Source of the DNA: Anolis carolinensis
Taxonomy: Eukaryota
Direction of reading: 5' to 3'
Assembly (NCBI RefSeq): GCF_035594765.1
Contig: NW_026943819.1
Coordinates: 18,836,703-18,900,702 of the forward strand
DNA length: 64,000 nt
Shown here in pieces: positions 1 to 12,691 of this stretch. The notes beneath the pieces were generated by a model. The model was given only the letters and a program-made list of their open reading frames with translations, was not told the origin of the DNA and ran no database searches. Made by a program: the position numbers and the translations under genes. Every line of letters starts with the position of its first letter. Within the stretch, counting starts at the first letter, position 1.

Positions 1-259
1 ATTTTGTGTTTACCTGAGATGGAAAGCCCTCTCATACATGGGATTTAAGTCAAAAGTTTAATGATTCTCTGAAACTACTCTAGAGCGACGTACAGCTTGT
101 CGGCCTGCCTTCTTGACTTCACATGCCAAGGACTCAGATGCAGCTGGTGAAGTAGAAATGTCTCTCTTTCCACACTTCTCATTTATCATCCTGTACCTAG
201 GATACATCCTTCTCCAAAAATTAATGGCCAGAAGGGAGAAAACTGGAGCAAGTAGGCAA

Positions 260-385
260 CTGTGGTCCTGAAGCATTATCTTTTGGACTTCAACTCCTAG
301 AAATCCCAGCTATCTTACTGGCTGTCAGGAACTGTGGGAGCCAAAGTCCCATACATCTGGAGGACCAAAGGTTTAGAACCACTGT
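260..385. mobile_element. Old palindromic hAT-type MITE
   Basis: Diverged CAACTCCTAGAAATCCCAGC...GTTTAGAACCACTG, similar to the copies at 41677 and 51413. Confidence 0.55.
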
Positions 386-1544
386 AGACCTACTATAGGT
401 CTTGGAACCCACAAAACCTATTAAAGGTCTCCCAGGAGATGCCTAAGATTACTGTCAGATGGACATGTTGAATACTATACTTCCATTCACAGTAGTAGGA
501 CAACAAAGACATATACAGGTGTAGTCTGTAATTCTGTCTGTGCACATTCACACAGGATTCCAGTAACAGTGTTATGCTTCTCTACCCTGTAAGTATGACC
601 TGCCAATCCTAACTTCAGGATCAGATTTTTTCATTTCCTTGTTTTGTGTTGGGTGATAACAAGACAGTTGTGAAACTACCCCATTCTTCATTTTTGAAAG
701 ATATACGCAAAGCAAACAGAATTACACAGCTTAAAAATAACCCCATGAGAGCCTGAATTCGATGAGAGTCTCAACTTCAATTCAGCATTCTCAGTTTGAG
801 GAATATTATACCATGCATCATATTTAGAGATTAAACTGTGCTTGCAAATAAGGCCCAGCACAGTGGAGCAAACACACCTCACACACTGGGTATAGGCGTA
901 AATCTTTATTGATGTAAATCCCTTTTGCACCACAGCGTCAGTCTGTAGTTTTCCCTTATAAAATTAGTTTTCTCTCTCCTAAAGTTAGGCAGAGGGGCTC
1001 AATGCTTCTAAACAATTTTTAATAAAATGATTATTTTCCCTCCAGACATTTTAAAAGTTTTGAAGCGGAAAGAAGTTCAAAGACAGATGCTAATTGTTAT
1101 CTTTTCAAAGCTTCATCTGTTACGAAGCTGGCCTTTTGTAATAATTAAGAAACCAAGTAATAAATCACAGTGTCTCCCATTAATTTCTTATTAATTGACT
1201 GCTGAGCAAAACTGACAGATGAGGTGTGTGCCAGTGGCCTACCAATGTGGTATATGTTCTTAAGCTGCTGCCTATGCAAAGAGCGACACACAAAGGAAAT
1301 TAGATTCTGCTCCCCTACACGCAATCCTTGTTAGATTCTTTTGTGTTTCTGGATGGAAGGTGACAAAGATCTATAGACAGTCAGACCTTATCTTAAAGAA
1401 GGTGAAGGTCCTTTAACTTGCATTAACTTTAGGAGAATTGAAACAAGTTGTGGGGAACATTCTGAAATTGTAGGACTTATCCTCTTTCTATATGGAAAGG
1501 AATCCTGTCAACCATTAGCCTTGCTATTCACCAGTAACTTAAGT

Positions 1545-1792
1545 GTTGCATCGGCACTGTACAATTAATGAAGTTTGATGCCACTTTTATAAGCACTTGA
1601 TCCCATCAGTGAAAGGCCTGGAATGCATTTTGTCTCATAGCCAATGGCAGAACTGACTCCTAAACATCTCACTGTACCCAGACTATGTCTGGCAAGATGC
1701 AGTTCTTCATGACTGGCTATGGGGATCCTTTGGTGGGCAGGAAAAATCTGATGGAAGGCATACTCCAAAGGGTTATATAGTGCAGACGCAAA
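1545..1792. mobile_element. Degenerate PIF/Harbinger-like MITE
   Basis: Left end TGCATCGGCACTGTACAATTAATGAAGTTTGATGCCACTTT resembles the 53632 element; right end ATAGTGCAGACGCA is roughly its inverse. Confidence 0.4.
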
Positions 1793-2285
1793 TAATTATA
1801 TGCAAAGTGTTCAAGTGTGACCATTCTCCCCCTTAGGTATGAGAACTGTGTAAGAAAATGGGTAACAAAAGAAAATTGGTAACAGAAGAAAAATCAACCT
1901 TTTCTATGTCATTGGGCAGAAGTTGAGTTTTGGCCATGACTCTTAACAAGGCTTCCAAGTCCCATCTTCCCAGTGTCAGAGTCCAAACTCACAACTTACT
2001 GTTTTTTTGATCACTTTTACACACACCTTTAAAAAAAAACTGCTACCTGTGGAATGTCCCAAAGAGTGAAAATCAAGTTCTAGATCTACTAATTTGCTCC
2101 TGGCCTGGAGGACAGAGGAGAAACGCTCCTGAGAATCATCAGAGAGGCAGAACAATTCAACTATATTGTGTGGAAGTGAGCTTCACCTGTCATTCCATCC
2201 CGTCCTCCCTTCTCTCCGGCCAACCCCCCCCCCCAAAAAAAAACAAACAAACCTGGCAGTGCCTCTTCTAGCAACTGTGGCTCTG

Positions 2286-2415
2286 TGATTTGTTATTTAT
2301 AGTATTATAGTATTTATAACCCAACTTTCTCCTGAAGTCATCAGAGTTGTATAAGTGATTTGTTATTTATAGTATTTATAACCAAACTTTCTTCTGAAGT
2401 TGTCAGAGTTGTATA
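2286..2415. repeat. Tandem duplication, about 65 bp x2
   Basis: GTGATTTGTTATTTATAGTATT...TCAGAGTTGTATA occurs twice in succession. Confidence 0.8.
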
Positions 2416-2616
2416 TGTCATTCTCCTTGTAATGAGGTGCCAAGAACAGGTGATTGGCCCAAGGTCAGCCTGCAAACTTCATGGCTGATGGATGCCAAGC
2501 AGGAACACTGTCACTGTCAAACACTGAAGCATACTTCTCAAGATCCCTTTGGCAGAGTGCTAACAGGCTATAACCGGTTTTATACCCAATTTTAATATTT
2601 GGTAAATAGGAGCCCA

Positions 2617-2731
2617 TTTTTTTGTGTCAGGAGCAACTTGAGTCACTTCTGGAGTGAGAGAATTGGCTGTCTGCAAGGACGTTGCCCAGGGGATGCCCGG
2701 ATGTTTTTTGATGTTTTTACCATTCTTGTGG
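2617..2731 (-). mobile_element. 3' fragment of the SINE family with a GCTCCTGACAC-A-rich tail
   Basis: Reverse complement of the 3' half of the 24277 copy. Confidence 0.8.
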
Positions 2732-2949
2732 TAAAAGCCATTAAAGGTTTGTATTATCTCTAAAACACAGACACACACACAGTGATACTCTGACCCTATC
2801 ATTGGCTACCATTACTGTTCAATCTCTGGCAGCCAATTTAGAATGTCATAGAGTAACAAACTATTCAGCAGTAAATCTTAAAATATTTTTTTTCCATCCG
2901 GAAAAGAAGAAGGCACTTGTAGGATGTGGAAAATGGCAATGAGATGGAA

Positions 2950-3429
2950 GCGGTTTTTGAATTTTAATTATAGTTAATTTTATTAATGTTTTATCATTTA
3001 TTGTTGTTATTAGATGAGTAGTATTATAGATTTTATTCGTACTGATTTTATGTATTGGAACAGGGAGCCATGATGGCGCAAGCGTTAAACCCTTGTGCTG
3101 GCTGAACTGCTGACCTGTAGTTTGGTGGTTCGAATCGGTGGGATGGGGTGATCTGCTGTCTGTCAGCCCTAGCTTCCCATGTGGTGACATGATGGAAGCC
3201 CTTGCAGGATGGTAACACATCCAGGCATCCCCTGGGCAAAGACTTGGAGGATGGCTGATTCTCTCACACCAGAAACAACTTGCCTCAATTCACTTCTGAC
3301 ACAATAAAAAAATGTATTTGAATGTGAGGTGGATTGTTGAATGGCACCGAATTGTACCATATGTTAACTGTTCTGAGTCCCTCAATGAGGGAAAGAGGCC
3401 AAGATATAAAGCAAAGTAAATAAATAAAT
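2950..3429 (+). mobile_element. L2 LINE 3' end, interrupted by a SINE
   Basis: T-rich 3' UTR, then CTGAGTCCCTC...GATATAAAGCAAAGTAAATAAATAAAT tail. Confidence 0.55.
3063..3311 (+). mobile_element. Near full-length tRNA-head SINE with GCTCCTGACAC-type tail
   Basis: B-box GGTTCGAATC; A-rich tail; TSD ATGTATTGGAA (3050-3060) / ATGTATTTGAA (3312-3322). Confidence 0.8.
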
Positions 3430-6400
3430 GTCCAAATAGGTGACTTGAATATTTTAGGCCTCCCATTGTTCTCTATATAGACAGGATTGGAAAGAACATG
3501 GTAGCCATTCTGAGTAACACAATAACATTATAAAGGCTTCACCTCTTCAGCAAGAAGAAGGAGGTTCTTGGTCATTTCATGAGATAACAAAAAACGTCTA
3601 TGTCTTGGATGGATGTGGTACATTGGCATAGTCGGTGCAATTCACCTATGGTACAAATTTCCATGGGTAATTTTTTTTAAAAAAACCCTGTCCATTATGT
3701 TAGGCTACTCAAGTCTCAATGCACTCAGAAAGCTAAATGGGAACTCGCTGAATTCACTATTTTTCCAGTTCTGGGCCTACTTTATAGTAGACCTGGCATT
3801 GAAGCACAATTGTTGTAACTACTACATCAAGGATCACTACCTAAACCTCATCTATCTCCCTCATTTTATATTGATGAAAGGCACTGTAAGTCATATGCTG
3901 AATTCATTTATTCTTCAATAGTATAGCTAGCATAAAAAAATGAGGTTTTCTCTCTCTTTTTTTATATGCCACTAGGAAAATTGCCCATGGAGCTTTGTTG
4001 ATGAAAGGTAGCATAAAATTTCCCAGAATAAATGAAATTCATATATGTAATGGTTCCATAATATGTTAATGCACAGTTTGAAATTGAGCTCATCAGCTGT
4101 GGTGTGCCAAACATGTGGTGACTGAGCATTCATGCACTTGCATTCGCACTAGATATGATTCGGGATGGATGAATCGGTCTATTTCTGTTCCGTGTCAGTT
4201 TCAGTGATTTGCCTTCTTAAATCTTTTCAGTGTGCCTCTCTCAGCTCTGCATTTATCAGAAGGAAAATTTGCATTTAAACACATATTTCTAAATATATTT
4301 TCCACTCAAAATGCACATTTTAAACTGCATTTTGATCCATTTGTTAGAGCCAAAAATTGTCCTGGAACATTAAAGAAGCACACAACTCAGTGGACAAGTG
4401 AGTTTGATTAGTTGGAGAGGAGTGGATCAGGTCAGTTAACTCATGAAGATCACTTTTTTCAAATACCCTTTAATGTTACAATGCAGCACACAAACATACA
4501 ACCTTAATAACCACGGAAAGAGAGTTTATCAAGAAGCACATCTAGTAGTTCATGTCATGTTTGCTTGACATTTGCTAAACGTACAAAACAGTAAGTAGGT
4601 TCTGAGAACCATCATAATATATAATACAGAGTTGGAGACCTACTAGGGGTTGCACACTGGCCACGTGTAAGATCATAGAATCCTGTCCCTCCCCTATCAG
4701 TCCCAGAACATACACATTCTCCTTGATTATTTTAAATATTTATTACTGACTAGATTACACACAGGTATCCAAGAAAGGTCCAAAACATGGGGAAACTCTC
4801 CTGCTAGAGGGCACAAGAAATACAAAAGGGACAATGTAAGGTCCTTGAATACCTAAAATTACTCTTGAGGAGCTCAATGTCATCCACAGACTGTACTTCA
4901 TTTCCCAACCCTCCACTATAGTGGTTATGAACTGGACCTAGGGATATTTAATACTACAAGGAAGCCCCCACTGAGTAGCTTTGGGACAGTCACTCTCTCT
5001 GCCTATCTTATGGCAGCCCTATCACAGAGTCTACTTGGCAAGATCAGTTTATTTCCTTCATGTCCAAGGTAACCTCAGTGGGTTTCCATAGCTGAGTGGG
5101 GAATCAAAACCTGATCTCCCAGTGTCCAACATTCAAACCAGTACACCGCAGTTGATAGATGGACTGTGTGAATAAAATGGGGAGAAAGAGGAAATCTATG
5201 CCCTCCATATTGAGCTCAAGTTGCTAATTTTGAAAAATAGCAACACTCCAGGCCTGTTTCTGTTGATATGAGTCTTGGTGTTTACTTGTGGGGAGAATGC
5301 AGACTCAAAACCGAGTGCATTCAGACAAAATCCATAGATAACATATAAAAATATTGGTTTATATAAAAGCTGTTGAAAAAGTGGGATGAAAACAGATTAA
5401 TCAGAACTGTCCATGCCAAATCAGGATAGTAGAAGGATATATAGGTATTGCACATGCAGAGAGTTGTCTTCTTCTTTTTGTTTTTAATATAAAGGAATGT
5501 TCAAAGTTTAATTCCCACCTGCAGTTTGAAATACTATCCAATAGTTGAGTGTTGCTCAACTCTTATAAATGAATTCAAGGGACCTTGTCACAGTTTCAAA
5601 CAGTACCAGCTAAATGGCAAATTTCCTTAATCTAAAGTTTTTGTATTGCTGGGGAAGGAAAACAGACAGCAGGAGACTGGAGCCTTACAGAGCTTGGAGT
5701 GAGCCATTAATTGCACACGGATGTTGCAAAACAAGAGCATAAAATTGCTGCATCTCAGACCAAAAAAGGTAGCATCATTCATCTCCATCAGGCACAAATA
5801 GGCTGTTCAACCATTAAGAGCTTAATTAGTTTCTCCAATAAATGGATGAGGAGCACTCTTGGGGGGTAATGCTAAAATGAGTTTTACTTGCAACAAAACC
5901 CATTAGATATTTGAGGGAGATATGCTGTTAATAACATGCAGAAATTAAAGGACCTCATCACATTTGTGGTGAATCCAGCAATGCCCGGTGGGAGAAGAAC
6001 CCTTTGCCCCACGCCCCACATAGACTGGATTTCCCACCGGGGGGGGGATCTATTGCCCAGCTCCCCCCCCCCATTGATCTCTATGCAACATGGGAAACCT
6101 CCAATGTTGCCGTATTTTGCCACAGAGCCCCAAGGAAAGTAGATACACATTGTAGGATGGGAGCCAACAGGCTCCATGGCAAAACTGAAGAGGAACCAGT
6201 GCTGAATTCTAGCCTATCTGATGATGTTGTAAATCCCTATATATAAAATAAAAACTCTGATCACAAAGGACTAAGAGTAAACAAATCAGGATATTTCCAT
6301 TCAATTTCCATGGTTCATCTGGTCCATCCCATTTCTGCAGCCATGTGAGATTATGACATTATCAAACCAAACAGAACGTCTGCACTGTATTTTTAGATGC

Positions 6401-6609
6401 AATTTCCTTTTGAATATACATATTGATATGCATTTTTATAAGTTTTTATGGGAAAAAATGGCACCCAAGCAGCTGCACAAGGGGCATAGAGTGTGTTGTC
6501 AGGTTGTCAAAGCATTAATATAGGACTCTATGGCACCAGAGTTCAAATCCTTGCCCAACTATGGGCACCCACTGGCTAAGACACCATCTCACAGACACAG
6601 AAGAAGGCA

Positions 6610-7006
6610 ATGGATAAATTAACTTACTGGCTCTCTCCGAACCAAGGACTACCAAAAAAACAAACAAACTGGAACACGGTAAAATAATATTTTAATCAGC
6701 TTAAAATGGAGCTTATAATTTGAAATGATAAGAACAACAAGAAAATATTAGAGACAAAGGGGAAGAAGACGGTTTGGACTATAAAATACTAAAATACAGA
6801 AAGTCACAATACAAACACCAAGGAATAGATGGAAGTCAACCCCTCCCACAAACCTTTTTTTTTTCCCTCCTTGTTCTTTCTTTCATTTTTTTTCTTCATT
6901 TTTCTTTCTTTCTTCCTCTCCACCCATATTGTTTTCCCACTTTCCATGTTTTTTAAATTTTTTTAATTTTTATTTTTAAATTTACTATTAATAAAAATTT
7001 ACGGAA
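6610..7006 (+). mobile_element. 5'-truncated L1-type LINE 3' end
   Basis: Translates MDKLTYWLSPNQGLPKKQTNW (like squamate L1 ORF2 C-termini), pyrimidine-rich 3' UTR, AATAAA at 6990, TSD AAGAAGGCAATG (6601-6612) / AAGAAGGAAATG (7007-7018). Confidence 0.65.
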
Positions 7007-7588
7007 AAGAAGGAAATGACAAACTTCCATGAAATTGACTTAAAAGATCTGCAAACCACAGACCAATAGGGAATGATGTAGGGCAACCAACAAGGAAAAA
7101 TTCAGGTTAAAAACTAGGTTTTGTAGGGAAAATTCTAGGAGGACTTCAGCTCAAAATAAACTCAGGCTTTGAAGAGAGATGAAAAATAATATGAATAGAA
7201 GTTTTATCTCCAGCTATGTTGAATGAAAAATGAGGACCAAGAAAGCCATAGGTATGTTGCAAGGAAGAAATGGAAGAGTGTTGATGTTTGAAAGCATTAG
7301 GATGGAACTGCTCAATACCTATTGTATCTTTCTGTTCACCCAAAAGGAAAACAGTGCTCCATATGGCAAAAAATAGAATAAATAGCGCAGAGAAGAGGCT
7401 GCAGCCCAAGGTAGTTAAACAGGTGATGGTATGAGAACATGTAACCACCTTAAACAAATTCAGGACCAGAGGTAATCCAAAGGTAATACAATTATTCAGA
7501 TGTGATCTCAGAGTTTCTATTTATTATTCTGGAGTGTTCTTGGATAACACATACCAACCAAAGAGATGAGAGCCAAATAAATTAGTGA

Positions 7589-7770
7589 ATCATAGAAGAC
7601 TTGATAGGGTCACTAAATGTCATCCAGTCCAACCCCTCCCCGACCAGTGCAGGAATCCCCAGATGTCCATCTAACCGCTGCTTAATAAGAATATCAATAA
7701 AGAATACTTCCTCCTGAAATAGGCCATCCCAGTGCTCTTACATCTGATCAGTTCTCCTTAATGTTAAACA
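7589..7770 (-). mobile_element. CR1 LINE 3' fragment
   Basis: AATCATAGAA...GTCATCCAGTCCAACCCC is the reverse of the CR1 3' terminus. Confidence 0.65.
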
Positions 7771-8715
7771 ATTTTTCAAGTGCATCCCATCTGGGCTGAA
7801 ATGAAATCACAAGATTCATTACACGGGACAGATGTTTAACATTTGTTCTGCACAGTTCTGACCAAGAACCAGATTTGAACATTCCTAACATCTCTTATCC
7901 CAAAAGGAAAAGGGATATTAAGATGCCTGCACCTGTAGGCTGAAGAAAGAAATTAAAGCAATTGTTCAAGCCAACATCTGAGAAATGTGTGGTATGATGG
8001 ATTTCTGCACATCCAAATTGGTGATGGAACATTTCCTACCGCTGAGCAGTGGCTGAGAAACCGCCAAGCCTTCTTGTGTGCCCACTGACATAAATAGCAG
8101 ATGCAGCCGATTAATCCATTTGCAGCGTGATATATGAGCCCCCTTTTCTAACACATCACAAGAGGATTAACGTATAAAATGGGCGAAACTTTCTTATCTG
8201 ATTCAAATTAAAATAAATTCAAAAGAAAGGGGAAAGCGCCTTTTGTAAGGTCTGCTGAGTTAATGGATTCATAATGACTTTTAAAGCTTCACTTGGGCAA
8301 GAGAAACTGTTCATTTCATAATTGCATATAAATATACACTCTTCTAATCTAGGACAGTGTGGCAAAAGGAAATCTACTAGTTTACTAGCTTAATTATAAA
8401 TCTTTTTTATTATATGAAACTTCGTTGGGGGGAGGGGAGTCCAGTATTGTTTCTATCCAAGATAGCAGCAAGTGAAATGTAGTGGGGAAAACAATATTGT
8501 GGTGTTAAATAAATCACAAAGACTTTGTAGAGCAAGTTTTTGTTTATAGAAGCTTGAAATGTGCCCACCATGAAGGTCTCAAATGAGAAATATCACAGAA
8601 GCCTAGATAAATTTGTATGTGGAAGAAAATAAAGCCGATCAACTGTATTATCAACTGTATTATACTGGTATATTTTCCTACATATTTTCTAGGTGTATGA
8701 AGAAAGGGGTAGAGA

Positions 8716-8966
8716 CAGGGCCATAGTCAGAAAAAAATTTCGGGGTGGGGGGTGGGGTTGAAGCTTTTTTTAAAGTGAATCATGAAGAGTAGTTCCAGAA
8801 CGCAAAATAATTTATAAATCAGTCTCCATTGATACACTTCATTGGGCACTCATGGGAATTTGTTTAACCAGTTAAAATTCATGAGTAAATTTTTTTTTAA
8901 AAAAAACAGAACAATTTTGGAGGGGGGTTGAACCCCTAACCCCCCCCCCCCCGGGCTAAAGCCCTG
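8716..8966. mobile_element. hAT-like MITE with G/C-run subterminal regions
   Basis: TIR CAGGGCCATAG / CTAAAGCCCTG; degenerate 8-bp flanks GGTAGAGA / GGTGTAGG. Confidence 0.6.
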
Positions 8967-9562
8967 GGTGTAGGTCTCTGAACCACTTCTCAAGGATCCT
9001 TTGCAGTAGGAAGAACAAAACATGGCATAAACATTACTTTCTGGGTGGCAGTCCCATGCTGTCCTTGTACTCTCTGTTGCCTCTAGGCATATACTTAAAA
9101 TATAATGTGTGCAAAGAGATCTTCAGGGACCCTTGGCAAAGGGAAGAACTGTATTTTACAAAATGCATTGGTTCTTGTTCTGTTCTTTTTCCTTGCCCTC
9201 TCTTAAATGCTTCATGGCTATAAATTTGTTGTTGTTTGCCTTGTGGTATCCTTAAAGCAAACCTATCATGGTTCTTAGCAAAACTGGTTCAGAGGAAGTT
9301 TGCCTTTGCCTTCCTCTGAGACTGGGATTTCAAAAGTAGTGCAATGTGAACTGTTGTTATTGTGTACCTTCACATTATTTATGAAAAAATGATAACTTTA
9401 AGGAAAACCTATCTCAAGCTTTTCTTGCCAAGGTTTCTACTGAAGCGGTTTACCATTTCCTTCTTCTATATTTGAGAGAAAGTGTAGCTTGCCTAAGGTT
9501 ACCCAGTAGGTTTCCATGGCTGAGGAAGGATTCAACCCCCCTCCAACACTTAAACCACCATA

Positions 9563-9685
9563 CCATAAGGATGGTAAAAACATCAAAACATCGAGGCATC
9601 CCCTGGGCAACGTCCTTGCAGACGGCCAATTCTCTCACACCATAGGCGACTTGCAGTTTCTCAAGTAGTGTCTGACACGAAAAAT
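9563..9685 (+). mobile_element. 3' half of a GCTCCTGACAC-tail SINE
   Basis: GGATGGTAAAAACATC...GGGCAACGTCCTTGCAGACGGCCAATTCTCTCACACC...CTGACACGAAAAA. Confidence 0.8.
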
Positions 9686-9745
9686 AACTACATTGGCTCT
9701 CATGGCTATTAATATACACTCACATATGCCTGCTTTTTCATCAGT

Positions 9746-10453
9746 TGTACAACATAAAGAATAATGATTGCATAGATTTATAGTATTGGTCTTGGAAACT
9801 TTAAAAAATGTGCAAGAAATTGCTTGCTATTGTTGTTCTGTTTTCGAGATCGCCTGTATTGCATACTGACTGCATCATCCAGAGTGTACTATAGTCTGGA
9901 AAGAGTTAATTGCTAAGAAGCTGTGATGTCCTTGATATGTGGCTGGAACTGGAGAGTGTCCAGACACAAGTGTGTATGCATTACTGATTGCATCAGTTCA
10001 GTTCAGTTCTGAGTTGAGTCAAGTGCTGTCTGTCTAGAGTGAGAGTCAAGTCCTGTGTTCGTCTGCAAGCCTGTTTGTCTTGATTATTACTGCTTACAGT
10101 AAAACTTTGTATATAGTTTTACCAGCGTCTCTGATGTCACTTCGTTCTGCGTTCCACTGATTCCATCCAACTACTGCTGCACTGCAAATTATTATTTATT
10201 ATTATTTTATTTACAGCATTTATATTCCGCCCTTCTCACCCCGAAGGGGACTCAGGGTGGATCAAATTACACATATAGGCAAACATTCAATGCCTTTTAA
10301 CATAGAACAAAGACAAGACAAACATAGGCTCCGAGTGGGCCTCGAACTCATGACCTCCTGGTCAGAGTGATTCATTGTAGTGATTCATTGCAGCTGCTCT
10401 CCAGCCTGCGCCACAGCCCGAGCCCTGCCCAAATTACTCAAATTACTCTGAGA
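9746..10453 (+). mobile_element. Probable solo LTR (Gypsy-like), interrupted near its 3' end by a SINE
   Basis: Starts TG, has an AGTAAA polyA-like signal near 10098 with a GT-rich stretch after it, and resumes after the SINE as AAATTACTCTGAGA. No clean TSD. Confidence 0.45.
10190..10425 (-). mobile_element. L2-tailed SINE, short variant
   Basis: Head GGGCTCGGGCTGTGGCGCAGG, B-box GAGTTCGAGGCC, (TAAA)n tail; AAATTA on both flanks. Confidence 0.85.
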
Positions 10454-11826
10454 TTTGTCTCCTCCTCTAATTCCATCTAGATTTTTAAAAGGGAAATTGA
10501 TTGATGCATGAGGTTTTCCTGCTTTTTTTTTTTTTTTGGCTAGAAGACATAACAAATTAGTGTTCCAAACTGCCTCTGCATCCAACCTCCCTTCCCAGCC
10601 TTGCCTCTGTCCATTCCAATCCAAAGGATCCTCTTTGAACTGAAGTTCAATTCCAAGACAGATTAAATCCCCCTGACACAGACTGTCTGCCTCTGCTTCT
10701 CCATTACTCTTTCACTTTCACTTGAGCCAGGATCTGACAAAGTAAGTCTGATACCTTCACAGCATCTAAATCTCATTTTCTGGACAATCCCTCTCCCCCC
10801 CCCCTTCTCCTTACTATCATTTGCTTCGTCAGGCTAGTCCAATTCTTATTTATTTATTTTTTTGGCACATCAGCAAACCCATTTTGATCCACGGTATGTG
10901 TTCTTTGGCTTAGAAATGCATTGTTTTTAAAAGATGACAGGCTGGTTTGCTAGAAGAAAATGGAGATTGAATGAACGGAATGAAGAAAGACAAGATGACT
11001 CAGAGCCATTGTATTTGGCTTGAGAAAGGGCAAATGTAATCTCATTGTCATTTTGGTACTGTTGCTGAACTTTTACTGAATAGACTGGTTTAAGACACGA
11101 TGTTCAGGTGCATTTTCTTCTACAAAAACATTCTTTTTTGCCCCTTTCTCATTATATTTCAAAATTGTATTGCCTTTTTACATAAGTAGTTTGCCTGAAA
11201 TCAGTGTGGCAATGGGGTTGTCTGCTAACACAGTCACTAACCTATGTCTGAAGGATGTGAACAGAATGAAGTGCATGAGACTCAGAAATGTACATTTTTT
11301 TTGCCACCGACACATTCCAGCGTAGAAAAACATGCACCACAGATTGATGTATTTTCAGAAAATGTACACAAATCACTTCACTCAAAAAGAAAGATTCATA
11401 AAAGTGAATACAGTTCTAAATGTGCAGGTTTTTTAAAGGCATGTTTTTGCAGAAAAGAGAAGACAGTGCTCTATCCTTCCATGGACAAGCAAAAGATGAT
11501 TAATAGTGAAATTCTGAATATGTTGGTGAAAAGTATGCTGGTGAAAACAGAGATGTAACTTTCCACTAATATTCCTCTTGGAAGAAGAAATGAGTAATTT
11601 TCACAGTTTTATTCACACTTTAAGAAAGACTTCAAAGGCTGCACAGTTTTTGAAGGCTATCTGCAATTTGGGGTTTCTTCTGGGCAAAATGTGCTTGTGA
11701 ATGTTTTCTAATAAAAACACATTTTCTATGGTGCAGCAAAATTGTTTTCTGCTATTATTTTTAAAGAAATAGGATCCCCTATGCAAAAATGATGCTTCCT
11801 GGATGCTACAGCTGGAGGGACCTGGC

Positions 11827-12078
11827 TTTTTTTCGTGTCAGGAGCAACTTGAGAAACTGCAAGTTGCTTCTGGTGTGTGAGAATTGGCCTTCTGCAAGGA
11901 CGTTGTCCAGGGGACTCCGGGATGTTTGATGTTTTATCATCCTATGGAGGCTTCTTTCATGTCCCTGCATGGGAAGCTGGAGCTGACAGAGGGGAGCTCA
12001 CCCCACTCCCCAGATTCTAATCATTGACCTTTCGGTCATCAGTCCTGCTGGCACAAGGGTTTTACACACCAGCGGGCC
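11827..12078 (-). mobile_element. GCTCCTGACAC-tail SINE
   Basis: TTTTTTTCGTGTCAGGAGCAACTTGAGAAACTGCAAG...; body matches the 60862 copy. Confidence 0.8.
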
Positions 12079-12160
12079 TGCTGCCTGCCACACATAAAAG
12101 TGTCTTTCATTTCTACAGATGGTTTGTATCCAGCAAGGTTGCATGCTCATTTCACTAGCC

Positions 12161-12691
12161 CAGTGATGGCCAACCTATGACACGTGTGTCAGCACTGACA
12201 CACCTAGCCATTTTTGCTGACATGCTGCTGCATACAGATTGATTGGATGACTAATGTCTTTTGTGGCCAAATTTGGTGTGATTTGGTCCAGTGGTTTTGT
12301 TGTTTACTCCATGGGAATTTTGTGCTTTACATTTATATATATTATATCATTATATTATTATTCTATTATTATTGTAGTATATTATCATATTATTACCATT
12401 ATATTATTATTATATTATTAATTATTCATGACTACATTGAAACTAGAATAGAGAGAAATCAGTGTGGAAACTGCAAGAGGTACCATAGATTGTTGTACAT
12501 GGAAATAATGGTAGTAAATAGTTTTTGATTTATTAAATACAGTTATATATTACAATTATACATTTTTGTTATTTAAACTATACATATTGTGAAATTATGT
12601 TTTTTTTTCCTCAAAGTGACACACCACACAAGTCATGCTAGGTTTTTTGGTGAATTTTGACACACCAAGCACAAAAGCTTGCCCATCATTG
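12161..12691. mobile_element. Non-autonomous hAT transposon (Myotis hAT1/Charlie-like termini)
   Basis: TIRs CAGTGATGGCCAACCT / AGCTTGCCCATCATTG; perfect 8-bp TSD CACTAGCC (12153-12160, 12692-12699); TGACAC subterminal repeats. Confidence 0.9.

Noticed and set aside
58-276. Minus-strand ORF as possible KIRREL3 exon 2
   Set aside because: No resemblance to the recalled exon-2 peptide ([25 protein letters not shown]) or to Ig domains.
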